Of a DNA stretch of 64,000 nucleotides, positions 38,408-48,343 are shown piece by piece. The stretch spans positions 2,336,001-2,400,000 of the forward strand of contig OY970194.1 of NCBI GenBank assembly GCA_963708075.1. Reading direction: 5' to 3'. This DNA comes from Sedimentisphaerales bacterium (GTDB lineage Bacteria; Planctomycetota; Phycisphaerae; Sedimentisphaerales; Anaerobacaceae). A model generated the notes under the pieces. It was not told the origin of the DNA. It was given only the letters and a program-made list of their open reading frames with translations, and did no database searches. The position numbers and the translations under genes are program-made. Position 1 is the first letter of the stretch, and each line of letters begins with the position of its first letter.

Positions 38408-41400
38408 ATGATGGCCGAGCAGTTGTCCAAGGTTTATGACCCGAAAACAGTTGAGGAACAGGTAAACGAATTCTGGCTGTCGAACAGCTATTTCCACGCG
38501 GACCCGTCACGCGATGGTGAGCGAAAAGGCACGTTCACCATCGTCATTCCGCCCCCAAATGTGACGGCCGCCCTGCATCTGGGCCACGCCCTGAACAACA
38601 CTTTGCAGGACATCCTCGTGCGAATGCGTCGGATGCAGCAGTATGAGACCCTCTGGATGCCCGGCACGGACCACGCCGGCATCGCGACGCAGACGGTCGT
38701 GGAGAAACGCATCCTGGCGGAGGAGGGCAAGAAGCGCACCGACTTTCCGCGGGAGGAATTCGTCCGGCGCGTCCAGGCGTGGAAGGACGAGTACGAGGCG
38801 ACGATCCTCGGCCAGCTCAAAGCCATGGGCTGCTCGTGTGACTGGCAGCGCACCCGGTTTACCATGGACGAGGTCTGCGCCAGGGCCGTCCGGGCGGCGT
38901 TCTTCAAGCTCTTCAAAGACAGCCTCATCTATCGCGGCAAGCGCATCGTCAACTGGGACCCGGCCACACAAACCGTGCTTGCCGACGACGAAGTCGAGCA
39001 CCAGACAATTCAGGGGTTCTTCTGGTACCTGAAGTACCCGCTTGTTGAGCCGATTGAGATTGACGGGCGACTCATCGAACACGTCACCGTAGCGACCACA
39101 CGGCCGGAGACCATGCTTGGCGATACCGCCGTTGCTATGAACCCGACCGACCCGCGAGCCAAATACCTCGTGGGAAAACGGGTCTGCCTGCCTATTGTTG
39201 GCAGAGTTATTCCAATCATCGCCGACGAGCACGTGGTGCTGCCCAATCCCGAGAGCGAGGATGAGAAGGCCCGGTTCTCGACCGGCTTTTTGAAAGTGAC
39301 CCCCGCCCACGATCCGGACGACTACGCCATCGGTGAGCGTCACTACGAAGAGATTGCGAAAGTCGTTGTCCCGAAAGATGAAGATTTCGCTGACGATCCT
39401 CGCCGGTGGGTCTTTGTCAACGTAATGGCACCCGACGGCTCCATCAGCGACAAACACGGCTGGAGGGACGCCACGGAGCCCGAGGCCCGGCAGTTGCTCG
39501 GTCTGGATCGATTTGAGGCGCGCGAGGCTATCGTCGAATGGTTCCGCCAGGAGAACCTCCTGGAAGACATTCGAGAGTACACTCACGAAGTCGGTCACAG
39601 TTACCGCAGCCACGTTCCAATCGAGCCGTATCTGTCCGACCAATGGTATATCGCCGTCAAGAAGCCCATCGAGCATCTGGCCCAGCAATTCGGCAGCGGC
39701 ATGATCGAGGGGACGGATGTGCCGGTGAACTCCCTCGCCGGCCTGGCGCTCAAACCTCTGGTCGATGGCCGGCTGCGATTCATCCCTGAACGCTATGCCA
39801 AGACCTATCAAACGTGGCTGGAGAACCTGCGTGACTGGCCGATCAGCCGCCAACTCTGGTGGGGCCATCAGATTCCAGTCTGGTCGCTCTATACCCACGA
39901 CGGGGAAGTACAGGATGATCCTCGTGATCAAGACGCAGCCGACAGAGCGGTGGCAGAGAAAGCACGCGCATTGCTTCTCCGAATCGCCAAAGCGGCAGGT
40001 TTGGGTGATGCAATCGAGGTTGTCCTTCACCGAATACCCTTCAACCATCTCCTCTTAGTCTGTTCGCGTGACGCCAGATCGGATGCCTTCCTCGGAGCTA
40101 TATACGAATTCTGGCTGAACAACGAGCCTTGGCCGAAAGAGCTCAATGGACCCGCAGAAAATGATCTGCTGGAACTCTACGGGTGCTTAACCGGCGTCGA
40201 TCAAGACGCCGATGTCCTCGATACTTGGTTTTCCTCGGCGTTGTGGCCGTTCAGTACGTTGGGGTGGCCGGAGGAGACGCCGGAGCTTAAGGCGTTCTAT
40301 CCGGGGAATGTGCTGTGCACGGCCCGGGAGATCATCACGCTGTGGGTCTCGCGCATGGTGATGATGGGACAGTATTGTGTCGGCGACATTCCTTTCAGCG
40401 ACGTGTATATCCACGCGATGATCCAGGACGGCGAAGGCCGCAAGATGTCCAAGAGCCTCGGCAACGGCATTGATCCACTCATCGCAATCAACAGCCACGG
40501 CGCCGACGCGATGCGATTTACGCTGGCGAGCATGACCACGGATACGCAGGATATTCGCATGCCGGTCGCGCCGATGACGCTGCCCGACGGGCGCAAAGTC
40601 AACACTTCGCCCAAGTTCGATGTCGGCCGCAATTTCTGCAACAAGCTGTGGAATGCGTCGCGATTTGCCATGATGAACATTGAGGGCCTCGATCCGGACG
40701 GCTTCGACGCGGCGAAGATGGACGTTACCGACCGATGGATTCTCTCGCGGCTTGCAGCTACGCAGCGCGAAGTCACCGAGGCCCTGGATGCGTTCAAATT
40801 CAGCGAACCTCTGAGTCAGTTGTACCGCTTTTTCTGGAACGACTTCTGCGACTGGTATCTCGAATGGGCCAAATCCCGGATGAGGGATGAGCAGAGCAAG
40901 AAGGTCGCTCAGAATGTTCTGGCCTTCGTGCTCGACAGCACTCTGCGCATGCTCCACCCCTTCATTCCCTTTATCACGGAAGGCATTTACCAGCGGCTGA
41001 ACGAGTTGGCTCCGGTCCGAGGTCTGAAGGGACTTGCCCAGCTCGATGGTGCGGACGCCCTTGTCATTGCTCCCTGGCCGGGCGCCATGGAACACTTGAG
41101 GGACGAGGCGGCGGAAGTGCAGATCCAGATCGTCCAGGAGATAGTCCGGGCGATCCGCGATGTCAGAAGCCAGCACGGCATATCCCCGGGCGAGAAGCTC
41201 ACGGCTTCGGCCAACGCGCCCCAGGTCACGGCCGATACGCTCAGTGCCAACAGTCACCTCGTGTGTCAACTGGCCGGCCTGAGCAGCTTCCAGGCGACCC
41301 AGGACGCGCCAAAGCCGAACAATGCCGCTGCCGCCATAGTAGGAGAGACACAGGTTTACCTGCACAACGTCATCGATCCTGCGGCGGAACGCGCCCGACT

Positions 41401-41578
41401 CGAAAAACAGAAGCAGGAGATCGAGCAGGCCAAGAAGGCCGTCGAGGGCAAACTGGGCAACGAGAACTTCGTGACGAGGGCCAAGCCCGAGGTAGTTGCC
41501 CAGGCCAGGGAGAAACTTGCACAGCTTCAGGAACAATTACAGGCCGTGGAGAGACATCTCGCCGAGCTTAACGGCTGA
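38408..41578 (+). CDS. valS: valine--tRNA ligase
   Basis: PPPNVTAALHLGH, GTDHAGIATQ, ATTRPETMLGD, ISRQLWWGHQIP, DVLDTWFSS, KMSKSLGN and C-terminal coiled coil. Confidence 0.97.
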   Translation: MMAEQLSKVYDPKTVEEQVNEFWLSNSYFHADPSRDGERKGTFTIVIPPPNVTAALHLGHALNNTLQDILVRMRRMQQYETLWMPGTDHAGIATQTVVEKRILAEEGKKRTDFPREEFVRRVQAWKDEYEATILGQLKAMGCSCDWQRTRFTMDEVCARAVRAAFFKLFKDSLIYRGKRIVNWDPATQTVLADDEVEHQTIQGFFWYLKYPLVEPIEIDGRLIEHVTVATTRPETMLGDTAVAMNPTDPRAKYLVGKRVCLPIVGRVIPIIADEHVVLPNPESEDEKARFSTGFLKVTPAHDPDDYAIGERHYEEIAKVVVPKDEDFADDPRRWVFVNVMAPDGSISDKHGWRDATEPEARQLLGLDRFEAREAIVEWFRQENLLEDIREYTHEVGHSYRSHVPIEPYLSDQWYIAVKKPIEHLAQQFGSGMIEGTDVPVNSLAGLALKPLVDGRLRFIPERYAKTYQTWLENLRDWPISRQLWWGHQIPVWSLYTHDGEVQDDPRDQDAADRAVAEKARALLLRIAKAAGLGDAIEVVLHRIPFNHLLLVCSRDARSDAFLGAIYEFWLNNEPWPKELNGPAENDLLELYGCLTGVDQDADVLDTWFSSALWPFSTLGWPEETPELKAFYPGNVLCTAREIITLWVSRMVMMGQYCVGDIPFSDVYIHAMIQDGEGRKMSKSLGNGIDPLIAINSHGADAMRFTLASMTTDTQDIRMPVAPMTLPDGRKVNTSPKFDVGRNFCNKLWNASRFAMMNIEGLDPDGFDAAKMDVTDRWILSRLAATQREVTEALDAFKFSEPLSQLYRFFWNDFCDWYLEWAKSRMRDEQSKKVAQNVLAFVLDSTLRMLHPFIPFITEGIYQRLNELAPVRGLKGLAQLDGADALVIAPWPGAMEHLRDEAAEVQIQIVQEIVRAIRDVRSQHGISPGEKLTASANAPQVTADTLSANSHLVCQLAGLSSFQATQDAPKPNNAAAAIVGETQVYLHNVIDPAAERARLEKQKQEIEQAKKAVEGKLGNENFVTRAKPEVVAQAREKLAQLQEQLQAVERHLAELNG

Positions 41579-41598
41579 GAGACAAAAGGGGGATCAGA

Positions 41599-41994
41599 AT
41601 GGAAGTGGAAGTCGAACTGTCGCGGATCATCATCAACGAGACCTCCGACCAACAGATCATCGTTTTGAAGGAACGCCACGGCACGCGAGGCTTCCCCATC
41701 GTGATCGGCATCGTGGAGATCTTCGCCATCGACCGTCGATTGAAAGGAATCAAGCCGCCCCGCCCGATGACTCATGACCTGCTGGCCAGCGTCATCGAGA
41801 GTCTCGGCGCGAAGGTCGAGCGCATCGTGATCGACGACCTCCGCAATCATACGTTCTATGCGAAGATTCATCTGAGCATCGACGGCCGGACAGTCACCGT
41901 GGACTCGCGGCCATCCGACGCCATCGCGCTATGCGCGGCTATCGAGGCACCTATTTACGTGGCTGACCACGTGTTTGAGAAGACGAATCAGTGA
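41599..41994 (+). CDS. bifunctional nuclease family protein (DUF151)
   Basis: PIVIG..E, RPMTHDL, FYAKI and DSRPSDAIAL. Confidence 0.9.
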   Translation: MEVEVELSRIIINETSDQQIIVLKERHGTRGFPIVIGIVEIFAIDRRLKGIKPPRPMTHDLLASVIESLGAKVERIVIDDLRNHTFYAKIHLSIDGRTVTVDSRPSDAIALCAAIEAPIYVADHVFEKTNQ

Positions 41995-42535
41995 TCAGGG
42001 TCGCCAGGATCAGCAGACCGACGGCGATACAGAGCAAGGCGTCGGCCACGTTGAACGTGTGCCAGTGTCTGCCCGGCCAGTACACCACATCGATGAAATC
42101 GCGGACCAGCCCATTGTTGAAAATCCGGTCCCACAGGTTACCGCTGACCCCCGCGGCAAAGAGGCCCAGCGCCACCTGAACGGTTCGCTGCTGCGCCCGG
42201 CCGAAAAGGAACACGCCGAGAATCACAAGCAGGGCAAGCACCGCCACCGCTACCAGGAAGAAATACCGGCCCGTGGCAAGCCCGAACGCGGCGCCATCAT
42301 TCAGCGCCAGGCGAAACGACAGAAAACCATCGACGATGCCGGCGCTCTGCTCCGGCTCGTACTTCAGCCAGGCAAAGACCGCGTGTTTTGTCCACAGATC
42401 CAGCGCCAAGCCGACGAACAGTAAGGTCCAGAAGATCAAGTGCGCTTTCACATCGGGCAGCCATGCGACGCAGCGACTCCACGATCTGCTGATCGAGGCG
42501 GCCGGATCCATTCTTTCCTGTTTTTCTATTTCCAT
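41951..42535 (-). CDS. lspA: lipoprotein signal peptidase II
   Basis: DLWTK, NDGAAFG, GNLWDR, VRDFI and FNVAD. Confidence 0.92.
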   Translation of the reverse strand: MEIEKQERMDPAASISRSWSRCVAWLPDVKAHLIFWTLLFVGLALDLWTKHAVFAWLKYEPEQSAGIVDGFLSFRLALNDGAAFGLATGRYFFLVAVAVLALLVILGVFLFGRAQQRTVQVALGLFAAGVSGNLWDRIFNNGLVRDFIDVVYWPGRHWHTFNVADALLCIAVGLLILATLITDSSSQTRGQPRK

Positions 42536-42539
42536 GTAT

Positions 42540-43547
42540 TTAGTAGTTCAATCCTTGCAACAGGTTCTCTGATTTCAACTGGTCCCGGATCAATTGCTCC
42601 AGGACTTCGTGTTTCGGCTGGCTCGGTGCAATGCTCAGGGAGCGCCGCCAGTGTTTCAGCGCCTCAGCCTGCAGGCGGGCATCCGCTGTGCGGCGAGCCT
42701 TGATCATAAACGCAACGCCCAAGCCCCGATGGGCCTGCCAGTCGTCCTTGTTCAAGTCTATCGACTTCCGGTACATCTGTACAGCGTGATCGATGTCGTC
42801 GAGTTTGACGAGACAGTAGCCCAGATGTCGAAACGCAGTGCCATCTTCCGGCCGCATTTGCGTGACAGATATCAGCACGCCCCTGGCTTCGTCGTACTGC
42901 CCCGCCTTCATGTGGGCCACGGCCATCGCCAGCATCGCGTCCACATCCTCGCTATTTGATGACAACAGCCGCTTATAGACCCGGATCGCGTGCTCATAGT
43001 CCTTCTGCCCCTCATAGACGCGGGCCAGCAGCCGCAACACCTCCCCGGTCCTCTCCCCAGTCTGCTCCGCCTGCTCACAGTACACCAGCGATTTCACGTA
43101 CTGCCCTGCTTTCAAGTAACACTCCCCGGCCCCGAGCATCGCCTCCAGATTCTTGGGGTCCAACTCGACGGCTCGGGCATATGCCCCGGCCGCCTCCGGG
43201 TAGTTACCCAGTCTCATGCAGGCTGCGGCGAGGTTCATGTGGCTCTCGAACGCCCAGGGGTCCAGCTCGGCGGCTTTACGAAACGCGGCCAAGGCTTTTT
43301 CACGGTTTCCCAGTTTCTCCTGCGCTTTGCCCAGTTCCGCATACGCCAGAGCGAAATCGGGATCCGCCGCGATCACGGCATTCAGTTTCTTGACCGCAAG
43401 CTCATCCTGGCCCAGTTCGCGAAGCATGACGGCATCGAGGTACATGTCCACCGCCGGCTGTCGCGGCGTGCACCCGAGACACAGACTCAATGCCGCCAGC
43501 GACAGGCTCAGCCAAACCGGGATTGTACTCTTCGTTGCCCCAGACAC
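42540..43547 (-). CDS. TPR repeat lipoprotein
   Basis: CLGC lipobox and repeated TPR units. Confidence 0.8.
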   Translation of the reverse strand: MSGATKSTIPVWLSLSLAALSLCLGCTPRQPAVDMYLDAVMLRELGQDELAVKKLNAVIAADPDFALAYAELGKAQEKLGNREKALAAFRKAAELDPWAFESHMNLAAACMRLGNYPEAAGAYARAVELDPKNLEAMLGAGECYLKAGQYVKSLVYCEQAEQTGERTGEVLRLLARVYEGQKDYEHAIRVYKRLLSSNSEDVDAMLAMAVAHMKAGQYDEARGVLISVTQMRPEDGTAFRHLGYCLVKLDDIDHAVQMYRKSIDLNKDDWQAHRGLGVAFMIKARRTADARLQAEALKHWRRSLSIAPSQPKHEVLEQLIRDQLKSENLLQGLNY

Positions 43548-43686
43548 ACGGCTTCCTTTCCAGCCCGAAAATGAGGCCCGGGCGCCATATGCATCCGGGC
43601 CGCACTCCTTGCCTGCCGCGAATTATACAGAATCTTCCCATGCTGCAAAAGGTCCCCAGATCAACATTACCATGTTGGGGTACAAC

Positions 43687-43766
43687 GGGTGGCAGCAGCA
43701 AGCGCCAGTTTGCCGATGGTTTTGCCTTCCGTCATCGGTAAAGCCGTCAGCCGTGCCGCTGCCCCC
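43687..43766. repeat. degenerate inverted REP doublet related to 4360-4453
   Basis: GGGTGGCAGCAGCAAGCGCCAGTTTGCCGATGG ... CATCGGTAAAGCC...TGCCGCTGCCCCC. Confidence 0.7.
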
Positions 43767-43834
43767 ATAACCTCATGCCGGCTCTGCCACTACTTGGTAA
43801 TGCCCCCGTCGCTGTCGTCTCGACGGTTAAAGAT

Positions 43835-43864
43835 TTGACAGGCCCGCCCGGCGGTCGGTATGAT
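43835..43864 (+). promoter_or_regulatory. putative sigma70 promoter of gpmI
   Basis: TTGACA-N18-TATGAT. Confidence 0.6.
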
Positions 43865-43941
43865 ACAAGGCCCTTCTGGATAGGCCGTCCGGCAGGACGA
43901 AGCTATACGTCGTTTCCATTGTTTTGAAAGGCATATTCTAC

Positions 43942-45516
43942 ATGAGCAAAGAGACGGGCTTGTCGAAGAAAAGGCCGTGCGTTCTCATCATACGTGATGG
44001 TTGGGGCTATAATCCCGATCGCAACGAAGATCCGTACAACGCAATCAAACGGGCTCACACGCCGGTAGATGACATGCTGATGGCAGAGTACCCAAACTGC
44101 CTCGTCCACACCTACGGCGAGTACGTCGGGCTCCCCGACGGCACGATGGGCAACAGCGAGGTGGGCCACCAGAATATCGGGGCCGGACGAATCGTTCCCC
44201 AGGAATCGGTCCGCATCACCCATATGATCCGCGAAGGCTCGTTCTTCGAGAACAAGGAATTCCTGAATCTCGTCCGGTTCGTCAAAGAACGCAACGGCAG
44301 TATGCATATCATGGGTCTGTGCAGCGATATCGGGGTCCATTCACGTCTCGAACACCTGTACGGCCTGCTGGAACTGGCCAAGCGTAACGACCTGACAAAG
44401 GTCTTCATCCATGCCTTCACGGACGGGCGGGATTCTCCGCCGGATAGCGGGCTCGGATACGTTACCGACGTGGAAAAGAAGGCCGGCGAGATCGGCGTCG
44501 GCAGGATCGCCAGCGTGATGGGCCGGTTCTACGCGATGGACCGCGACAGCCGGTGGGATCGCGTCCAGAAAGCCTATGAATGCCTGCGGTTCGGCAAAGG
44601 TCTCGAAGCGCGCAGCGCAACCGAGGCCGTTCGCAGCAGTTACGACAAGGACGTGACGGACGAGTTCATCGAGCCGACCGCGATCGTCAATGCCGACAAC
44701 GAGCCGCTGGCAACGATCTCCGACGGCGACGGCGTCGTATTCTTCAACTTCCGCGGCGACCGGCCCCGCGAGATCACACGGGCGTTTGTGGATCCGGACT
44801 TCAAGGAGTTTGCGCGGACGACCCGGGCGGACGTGTACTTCGTCTGCATGACCGAATACGATGCGACGATTCCCGCTCCCGTTGCATTCCCGAAGCCAAC
44901 AAAGATGAAGAACATCCTCGGCGCGTATTGGGGCGCCCTGGGAATCAAGCAGTTCCGTTGTGCCGAGACGGAGAAATACGCTCACGTGACTTTCTTCTTC
45001 AATGACTACACGGAAAAGCCCTTCAAGGGCGAGGACCGGCAGATCGTCCCGTCGCCCAGAGTTCGCACGTACGATCTCAAGCCGGAGATGAGCGCATACG
45101 AAGTGGCGAGCGTCGTTCTCGACCGCCTGGACTCGGACAAGTACGACGCGATGGTGGTCAATTTTGCCAATCCCGACATGGTGGGCCACACGGGCGACTT
45201 GTCGGCAGCGATCAAGGCGGCCGAGACCGTCGATCAATGCGTCGGCAAGATCCTCGACAAGGTCAAAAGCATGGGCGGCGCGGCGATCGTCACCGCCGAT
45301 CACGGCAACTTCGAGAAGATGATCGACGGCTCGCCGGAGAATCCGCACACGGCCCACACGGTCGGAGACGTGCCCCTGGTGATTTTCGATGACCGCTACA
45401 AAGGCGCAAAGCTGCGGGACGTCGGCACGCTGGCCGACATTGCGCCGACACTGCTGCAGATGATGGGGTTGCGCCAGCCGCCGGAGATGACCGGCCGCAG
45501 CCTCGTGCCGGGCTGA
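43942..45516 (+). CDS. gpmI: 2,3-BPG-independent phosphoglycerate mutase
   Basis: DGWG, MGNSEVGH, DGRD, GRFYAMDRD, AETEKYAHVT, NPDMVGH and ADHGN. Confidence 0.97.
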   Translation: MSKETGLSKKRPCVLIIRDGWGYNPDRNEDPYNAIKRAHTPVDDMLMAEYPNCLVHTYGEYVGLPDGTMGNSEVGHQNIGAGRIVPQESVRITHMIREGSFFENKEFLNLVRFVKERNGSMHIMGLCSDIGVHSRLEHLYGLLELAKRNDLTKVFIHAFTDGRDSPPDSGLGYVTDVEKKAGEIGVGRIASVMGRFYAMDRDSRWDRVQKAYECLRFGKGLEARSATEAVRSSYDKDVTDEFIEPTAIVNADNEPLATISDGDGVVFFNFRGDRPREITRAFVDPDFKEFARTTRADVYFVCMTEYDATIPAPVAFPKPTKMKNILGAYWGALGIKQFRCAETEKYAHVTFFFNDYTEKPFKGEDRQIVPSPRVRTYDLKPEMSAYEVASVVLDRLDSDKYDAMVVNFANPDMVGHTGDLSAAIKAAETVDQCVGKILDKVKSMGGAAIVTADHGNFEKMIDGSPENPHTAHTVGDVPLVIFDDRYKGAKLRDVGTLADIAPTLLQMMGLRQPPEMTGRSLVPG

Positions 45517-45629
45517 CGCATGAACGCCCGCGATGAATCGGCGTAGGAAGTACTGTATGTCAGATGTATTTCCTGAATCTAGTCCGAAGCCCCCGCAAGC
45601 GGACCACCCTGTGGCGGGACTGAGAGCTC

Positions 45630-47444
45630 ATGGGTAAGATCGTCCACCTCGATCAAAACATGGTCAACATGATTGCGGCCGGCGAGGTGATCGAGCGGCC
45701 CGCCAGCGTGGTCAAGGAATTGATGGAGAACAGCATCGACGCCGGGGCCACGCAGATCGTCGTGGCCGTGGAGGACGGCGGCCGCAAGCTCATCAGCATC
45801 ACCGATAACGGCAGCGGCATGGACGCCGAGGATTTGGACGCCGCCTTCGAGCCCCATGCGACGAGCAAGATCAGAGAGGTCAACGACCTGCAAGGCATAT
45901 CTACGCTTGGATTCCGCGGGGAGGCTCTGGCCAGCATCGGCTCCGTCGCCCAGGTCCGAGCCGTCAGCCGCACGAGGGAGTCCGACCAGGCCCATTGCAT
46001 CGAGATCGATTGTGGAGAAAAGAGACCCATTAGCCCGTGCAGTGGCGATTTCGGCACAACGATCCAGGTTCGGGATCTCTTCTATAAGACGCCAGCACGG
46101 CGGAAGTTCCTGCGCACGGCCAACACCGAATTGGGCTACATCAGCGAGCAGTTCACGCGGATCGCTCTGGCAAGGACGGACATTGCCTTGGCGCTCACTC
46201 ATAACAATCGAGAGCTGTACCGGCTTGCAGAGCATCAGACCGCGAGGCAGCGGATCGCCCAGCTTTTCCCGATGCTGTCTGCCGAGCCCTCCGACGATCT
46301 CATTGAAGCGCAGACGGACGAGAGGGGTATTCGCATCCGTGCATTGCTCGGTCGGCCGAGTGTCTCGCGGACCAGCGGCCAGTTCCAGTACACCTTTCTG
46401 AATGGCCGGTTCATTCGGGACAAATTCATCTCCCATGCGATCAAGGAAGCCTACCGGGGGCTGCTCGATCCCAATCGGTTCCCGGTGGTCTTCCTGTTCA
46501 TCGAGATGCCGCCGTCCGAGTATGACGTCAACGTGCATCCGACGAAGATCGAGGTCCGGTTCTGCAACTCGAACCTGGTTCACTCTCAAGTCTTGGGGAC
46601 ACTGCGAGAGACACTTCTGGGCATGGATCTTCATGTGCCCGCGACGATACCGGCCGGCGCGCCGGCGGCGACGGATGACGCGACGGATCGACAAGTGAAA
46701 CGGCAGGAAATCGCTGACGCCATGGCCGAGTTCTTCAAGAAGCACCGCCCTGCCGACGTGCAACGGCGGCTCGATTTCCGGGCGGATATGCCCTCTGCTG
46801 GTTCCGCTCGTCGGCCCAGGGAATTCTCTCCTGTCGTCCCATCGTCACCAGCCCCCGCTCCCATCCAGATGGAGCAGCCCAAGTATCTCCAGATCCACGA
46901 CAGCTACATCGTCGAACAGACGGAGGATGGTTTTGTCATCATCGACCAGCATGCCCTGCACGAGCGAATGTTGTACGAGACGTTGCGCCAGCGGGTCCAG
47001 CGGGATCACCTCGAATCGCAACGGTTGCTCCTGCCCGAGAGCTTCCAGATCACAGATGGGCAGGCAGCCGTGATAGAGAGCAACGCCGAGCTGATCGCGA
47101 GGCTCGGGATCGAGCTCGTGCCGTTCGGCCCGAGAACATACGCGATCCAGGCTTTTCCCACGCTGCTCGGGGGCGTCTCACCGATCGAATTCGTCCAGGA
47201 CCTGATGGATCTTCTTGTCGAGAAGAGCGGCGTGCTCCCGGCCGAGGACCTCTTGAACGAGGTGCTCAACATGACAGCCTGCAAGGCGGCCATCAAGGCG
47301 GGCCAGAAGCTCAACGATGCAGAGATCCGCCAACTGCTGGCCGACCGGCAGCGTTACGAATCGACCAGCCGGTGCCCTCATGGCCGGCCGACGACGATCA
47401 AATTCTCGATCAGCGAGCTGGAGAAGCAGTTCAAGAGGACCTGA
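45630..47444 (+). CDS. mutL: DNA mismatch repair endonuclease MutL
   Basis: IAAGEVIERPASVVKELMENSIDA, HATSK, GFRGEAL, DQHALHER, ACKAAIK and CPHGRP. Confidence 0.97.
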   Translation: MGKIVHLDQNMVNMIAAGEVIERPASVVKELMENSIDAGATQIVVAVEDGGRKLISITDNGSGMDAEDLDAAFEPHATSKIREVNDLQGISTLGFRGEALASIGSVAQVRAVSRTRESDQAHCIEIDCGEKRPISPCSGDFGTTIQVRDLFYKTPARRKFLRTANTELGYISEQFTRIALARTDIALALTHNNRELYRLAEHQTARQRIAQLFPMLSAEPSDDLIEAQTDERGIRIRALLGRPSVSRTSGQFQYTFLNGRFIRDKFISHAIKEAYRGLLDPNRFPVVFLFIEMPPSEYDVNVHPTKIEVRFCNSNLVHSQVLGTLRETLLGMDLHVPATIPAGAPAATDDATDRQVKRQEIADAMAEFFKKHRPADVQRRLDFRADMPSAGSARRPREFSPVVPSSPAPAPIQMEQPKYLQIHDSYIVEQTEDGFVIIDQHALHERMLYETLRQRVQRDHLESQRLLLPESFQITDGQAAVIESNAELIARLGIELVPFGPRTYAIQAFPTLLGGVSPIEFVQDLMDLLVEKSGVLPAEDLLNEVLNMTACKAAIKAGQKLNDAEIRQLLADRQRYESTSRCPHGRPTTIKFSISELEKQFKRT

Positions 47445-48340
47445 TGAAGAAGTGGTGGATTCTGCTGGTGGCCTTTGCAGCCTGGATCGGCTTGGGCTGC
47501 ATTCTGCTTCGACCTCGTCACGTCGAGGCAGCACTCGATGGGCAACCCTCGCGCACACCCGCCCGGATTGTCTCCATGGCGCCCAATCTCACGGAGATTC
47601 TGTTTTCGTTAGGTCTGGAGGAGAGCATCGTCGGCGTTACACGGGACAGCGACTACCCCCCCGCCGCCACACAGAAGTCCACCGTAGGCACCTTCTGGCA
47701 ACCCAACATTGAGGCCGTCATCGCTCTCAAGCCCGACCTGGTCGTGGCGCTGGATCTTGAGCAGCAGCGCAGCTTGGCGGGGCGACTTGCTCGCATGGGC
47801 TACAAGTGCCTGACGCTCGACATTTCGACAGTCGAGGATCTCTTTGTCGCCATATCCACCGTGGCCGCCGCCACCAACAAGGGCCCGCAGGCCGAACGGG
47901 TGCTCGGCGGCATGAAGGCCAAAGCGGCGGCAGTCAGGGACAAGACTGCCGGGAGGGATAGGGTGAGAGTTCTCTGGGTCGTGCAGCGGGAGCCGCTCCG
48001 TGTCGCCGGCCGAAACACGTTTGTCAACGAGCTGATCGAACTGGCGGGCGGCGAGAACGCCATCGGCCAGACCCTTCACGTGTACCCACCCATCGGCGGC
48101 GAGCAGATCATCGCCTCAGCGCCCCAGGTCATCATCGAGCCCACCATGGGCGGCGACGATGTGCAAGGGCAACACGTGCAGGCGGCTTCCTTCTGGAAAC
48201 GATACACAACGGTCCCTGCTGTGGCTGACGGGCGAATCCATGTGATCAATGGGGACCTTGTCTCCCGGCTGAGCCCGAGGCTTGGAGATGGAATCGAGAC
48301 GATAGCGAAATGTCTTCATCCGGAGGTCTTTGGAGAATAG
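47444..48340 (+). CDS. btuF: cobalamin/Fe-siderophore ABC substrate-binding protein (BtuF-like)
   Basis: RIVSMAPNLTEILFSLG, PNIEAVIALKPDLV, ELAGGEN and SPRL. Confidence 0.75.
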   Translation: MKKWWILLVAFAAWIGLGCILLRPRHVEAALDGQPSRTPARIVSMAPNLTEILFSLGLEESIVGVTRDSDYPPAATQKSTVGTFWQPNIEAVIALKPDLVVALDLEQQRSLAGRLARMGYKCLTLDISTVEDLFVAISTVAAATNKGPQAERVLGGMKAKAAAVRDKTAGRDRVRVLWVVQREPLRVAGRNTFVNELIELAGGENAIGQTLHVYPPIGGEQIIASAPQVIIEPTMGGDDVQGQHVQAASFWKRYTTVPAVADGRIHVINGDLVSRLSPRLGDGIETIAKCLHPEVFGE

Positions 48341-48343
48341 ACG

